Program-made: the position numbers and the translations under genes
Source: Camelus ferus
Lineage: Eukaryota
Direction of reading: 5' to 3'
Assembly (NCBI RefSeq): GCF_009834535.1
Contig: NC_045696.1
Coordinates: forward strand, 372,001-436,000
DNA length: 64,000 nucleotides
Notes under the pieces: model-generated
Databases searched by the model: none
What the model saw: only the letters and a program-made list of their open reading frames with translations
What the model was told of the DNA's origin: nothing
In this document: positions 60,137 through 64,000 of the stretch, in pieces
Layout: every line of letters starts with the position of its first letter
How positions within the stretch are numbered: the first letter of the stretch is position 1

Positions 60137-60311
60137 GTTCAGCCTGATTTTGGGCGTGAAAAATCTTCTCCAACTCAGCTTTCTGTTCTGCCAATTCTTT
60201 CTTATACTGGTTTTGTAAATTCTCCAGTTCTGACTGATGCTTTTCCAGTAATTCTCGGCGTAGGTTTTCCAAGCACTTACTTCTCTCAGATTCCCAGTCC
60301 TGCTTCAGGGT
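60137..60311 (-). CDS. PCNT: PCNT exon (~ex7), TLKQDWESERSKCLENL...QNQAE; 175 nt, phase 0>1
   Basis: AACTAG| acceptor, |GTGAGT donor; translated by hand, not in ORF track. Confidence 0.93.
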
Positions 60312-61308
60312 CTAGTTAAATAAGGAAAAGGGAGATGACCACCAACAGCAGATGCTCCACAGTAAGAAACATCAACAATGCGTCTGAAACCCTGGGTGGG
60401 CGGTCACCCCACCGAGGCCAGACCAGCAGCCCAGGACCCGGCTAGGAAGGTCCAGTCAACGGCCCCCCTACTCTAGAGGGACAGAAGCAGAAGCACCTGC
60501 AGGCAAACAGCCAGGACAAGAGCGAGGACCGCCTGCCACAAACAGAACCAGGCTCTGAGCAAACGCACACAACTCGGCCGATGGTCAGGCCCCCATCCCC
60601 TACCAAGACCCAGGCGCCACTGCGACACCCCTAAGCTGCCAGCGCCGGGCTCTGTCCCAAGAGCCCTGAGACACGAGCCCTCTCGGTCCAGCTCAGAGGG
60701 AGGGGGCAGGGCACAGCCCTCCCCCACGGATGGCCTGGCCAGCGTGGCCAGGACACAAACGTCCGCATGCTCTGACGTCTCACATGTCCTCCAGCGTCAC
60801 CCGCGCCCCACCCCCACATCCTCCACCGCCACCAGTGCCAACAGCTCTTTTACAGACGTAGCCCTGAGAAAGGGGCAGGTCACAAGGACCAGGAGTTCAG
60901 TGACAGTCTTCCTAGAAAAGGCCCTAAAACAGAGCTCCTGCCCCCGAAGGGGCGCGGTGCGGGAGCAGCAGGACGGCCACAAGGCGCGGCCAGCACGCTG
61001 GTCCCACGCCACATCCCCCGAGTCCCCAGGGCCGTCCACCCAGACCACGGTGTGCCGGCGCACAGCCAGGGCCAAGCCGTGGGGCCGCCCAGGAAACCAG
61101 GCAGGGTGGAGAGCCTCGAGTCATACGGGCCACAGACACCGCGGGACGAGCTGCTCTGGGAAAGGAGCATGTCCTGCTCCCACTGACGCAGCTTGAGCTT
61201 CAACCGGGCTTTGTCAGAACTGAGGTGAGGAGCCCGGGCGGGGCCCGTAGGAGGGAGGGAGGAGGAAAAACACCGCGTGCACAGAACCACACTTTCCCAT
61301 CCCAGCAC

Positions 61309-61364
61309 CTCTATCATCTGGGCGTTCTTCTCCACTTCCGACTGTAGCTTCTCCTTCAGCTCAG
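61309..61364 (-). CDS. PCNT: PCNT exon (~ex6), AELKEKLQSEVEKNAQMIE; 56 nt, phase 1>0
   Basis: TTGCAG| acceptor, weak |GTGCTG donor; peptide and phase match. Confidence 0.9.
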
Positions 61365-62685
61365 CTGCAAGAGAAACGAAGAAAGTCGCTCAGATTCCCG
61401 AGGCTCAGACTGTTCCACAGTCTGATCCCCTAGGAGGCGAGAGGGCTCCCAGCACCACCAGCCGCTCCACCAAACCCCTGCCAACATTAACAGGACAGTG
61501 GGACACATCTATGAGAAACAAGGTGACGATGTCCAGTTTAATTAGCAAATCATATTCATGTCACAGCAGAGGACAGGAGAATCCAGCCCACAAGACAATC
61601 CAGGAGAAGCGGGCAAGGCTGGCCCTGGGGCTGCACAGACCACTGTGCCCTGAGCCCATGCCCTCTGGTCAAGAGGACCTCAGCCTGTCCACTCCGCTCC
61701 CAGCCCTGTGGTCCAGGATCCCTCCAAGCCAGGTTCCAGGCTAGGCGGTGGAAGAAAAGTAAATGGAGCAGGGCCCAACAGCTCTCCACCCGAGAGGGAG
61801 GACACACCAGCAAAGAGGTGCGGGCACCAGGGACAGAGGAGGGAGGGGGGGCTAGGCCAGATGGCGGGCTGAGTGTGGAGGAAAGGGGTGCACAGTGGGG
61901 GTGTAGCTGGGAAGGATGGCACCACCGGGCGGGGTCCACAGGACCCCTCCTCCCACCCCCGGCAGAGCCTCAGGGAGCGGAGAGTCGGGTGGGCTTCTCC
62001 GCAGGCCTGTTTCTGCAGCTGCACCTGGAGAAAACAGCCTTGGAACAGGCTTGACTAAGGTAGCCATGTTTCAAATTTTAAAAATTTAACAAAAGCAGGG
62101 GAGAACGAGCAACAATGCCTGAACCCACATGAAGAAGCAGGAGGCGCTGAAGGGCCCGCGGGGCTGCTCCTCTGGGTGGGCGGGTCCCCGGGAGAGGGAG
62201 GCTGCTCAGCAAACGGGCAGGAGAGCAGGGAAACGGGCACAGGGTCTCCTTAGGGGTGAAGAATGTCCTAAATGCAGACTGGATATGCTTGCCCAACCCC
62301 GTGGATCCACGAAAAGCCACCGAGTGCTCCCTTTAAACACTTCAAACGTGTGAATCACATGGTACGTGAATTACAGCTCGGTAAAGCTGTTTTGTAAAAA
62401 AACTGACTTGTACAAAGAGTAGTGACTAACAAAAAAATGTACCAAGAAACATTAAAATGAAAACAAAAGTATACGTCAAGGCCAGAGAATCAGCCCATGG
62501 AGAGGTGGTCCGGGCCCAGTGAGGGGCAGTGTGAGCTAGGCACCTCCGCTGATGGCCCGGAAACCACACAGCCTGTCGAGGGCCGGAGTGCGGCGCCAGG
62601 TGCGGAGACAGCCGAGCGGGACGCAGCGCCGGGCCAGCGGAGCATAGGAACTGCAGCCTCGGGCCGCCCCGCGCCGCCCACATAC

Positions 62686-62908
62686 CTGTCTCCCGGCTGT
62701 GATGCAGCGCCATCTCCTCTAGCTCCCGCCGCGACTGGCTGCGCAGCAGCGCCAGCTCCTGGGCGTGCCGGCTGTTGAGCATCTGGCGCAGCTCGGTCAG
62801 CGCCGTCTCCTTCTCCCGCTGCAGGTTGGCCTGCGTCAGCTCCAGCTGCGCCGCGTGAAGGTCGCTCAGGCTCAGGCGCAGTGCCTCCAGCTCCAGGGGC
62901 GGCAGCGG
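62686..62908 (-). CDS. PCNT: PCNT exon (~human ex5), PLPPLELEALRLSLS...HHSRET; 223 nt, phase 0>1
   Basis: CTGCAG| acceptor, |GTATG donor; coiled-coil peptide matches PCNT. Confidence 0.93.
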
Positions 62909-63009
62909 CTGCAGGGAGAGGGCGTCGTGGGGCGGCGCCACCCGGGCACACCGTGCCTCCCACCTGGGTGGCGGCAGGACCAATCGAGGGGTCAGAAATT
63001 GTTTTTAAA

Positions 63010-63720
63010 AAGAGAAATGCACACAAAGCACTGCACGCCTGCGACGACGGCCACTTCCAAAGACACCGAGAGCAGGTGCCGGGAAGGGCGTGGAGGAACA
63101 GAACTTCTGTGCGCAGCTGGTAAGAATGTAACGTGGTGCAGCTGCTGCACAAAACAGTGTGGTGGTTTCTCAAAAAATCAAAACCAGAACTTCTACACGA
63201 CCAACCGCCCCATGTCTGGGAACACACATATGCAGAAGAACCGACACAGGGTCTCAAAGAGATCATCTTCCCACACCCAGCTCCTCAGCGGCTGGGATGT
63301 GGAAGCAACTCAACTGTCTGCAGACAGGAACAGACGTGCCAGACATTGTCTAACCACACGGTGAACTATTATTCAGCCTTAAAAAGGAACAGCACTCTGA
63401 CACAGGCTGCCACATGCACGGGCCTGGAGGGGGTCATGTGCAGGGAACTGTGCCGTCACAGAGGACAGCTACCTGAGCCTGCGTACACGAGGCACGCAGA
63501 GCCATCAGCATCAGACGGGAGGAGAGTGGCGGCGGCCGGGGGCCGGGGGTGGGGGATGCTGTTTCATGGGCAGAGTTTCCACTTCACAAGGTACCAAGAG
63601 CTCTGGAGATGATGATGGGACGGTTGCACAGCATTACGAATGTATTACCACCACTGAGCCGCCCACCAAAAAATGGTCAAAATGGCACAATATTGTAGAA
63701 TATTGTATATTCTACAATTA
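63010..63720 (+). mobile_element. Old L1 3' end
   Basis: Degraded L1 3' phrases (tattattcagccttaaaaaggaa; tgaatgta..accactga..aaaaatggtcaaaatgg). Confidence 0.75.
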
Positions 63721-64000
63721 AGAAGACCATGACGAGAACGTAGGCTTAAGGAAGTATAAACGGAGTTTGAGTATTTAACTAAGCCAGGTGAAAGTGAACT
63801 GCTGATTAAATTTAGACGCAGATGAAGTGCTGTGTTTAATAAGCCCTCCACTCAAAGAACAGAAACCATACATTACTACTTCAACATGTGTAAAGGGAGA
63901 ATTTTTTCCAACCCCCTGATAAAAAACAATCCAAAGAAGGCGAAAAAGGAGAAATAAAAGAAAACAGGCAGGACAACAGAAAGGCCAAACTAAACGTCTG

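Larger units (their letters stand above)
1143..62908 (-). other. PCNT: Pericentrin gene body (partial; 29 internal coding exons, 6447 nt / 2149 codons)
   Basis: Spliced translation matches recalled PCNT peptides (ELEALRLSLS, LRIYFEKKLR, EAEMRQLQDQQAAQIL, ALRRLLGLFGETL, EISSH.RESF, SWSSPEV.RKD, EKDVEDFI); all junctions are GT-AG with consistent phases. Confidence 0.97.

Overview
Mammalian genomic DNA, most likely camelid (three copies of a tRNA-derived SINE resembling the camelid Vic-1 family). The window lies inside the pericentrin (PCNT) gene on the minus strand. I traced 29 consecutive GT-AG coding exons from 62908 down to 1143. All splice phases are compatible and the exons total 6447 nt (2149 codons), corresponding to about human exons 5-32 (numbering and human comparisons from memory). 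Start and stop codons lie outside the window. Introns are GC/CpG-rich and contain old L1 fragments (nearly all antisense to PCNT), one younger sense-oriented L1, solo LTRs, Tigger-type MITEs, a MIR and SINEs. Most ORFs in the supplied track are GC-rich noise. The most notable observations are: (1) a 43-nt inverted copy of exon sequence in the upstream intron that could pair with the exon next to the separase-site codons and loop out the 3' splice site; (2) a strong in-frame cryptic donor inside the exon-7 equivalent; (3) an 87-nt stop-free in-frame intron just before the PLK1-site exon; (4) a 93-nt symmetric exon missing from the canonical human protein as I recall it. No prokaryotic-type system (CRISPR etc.) is present.
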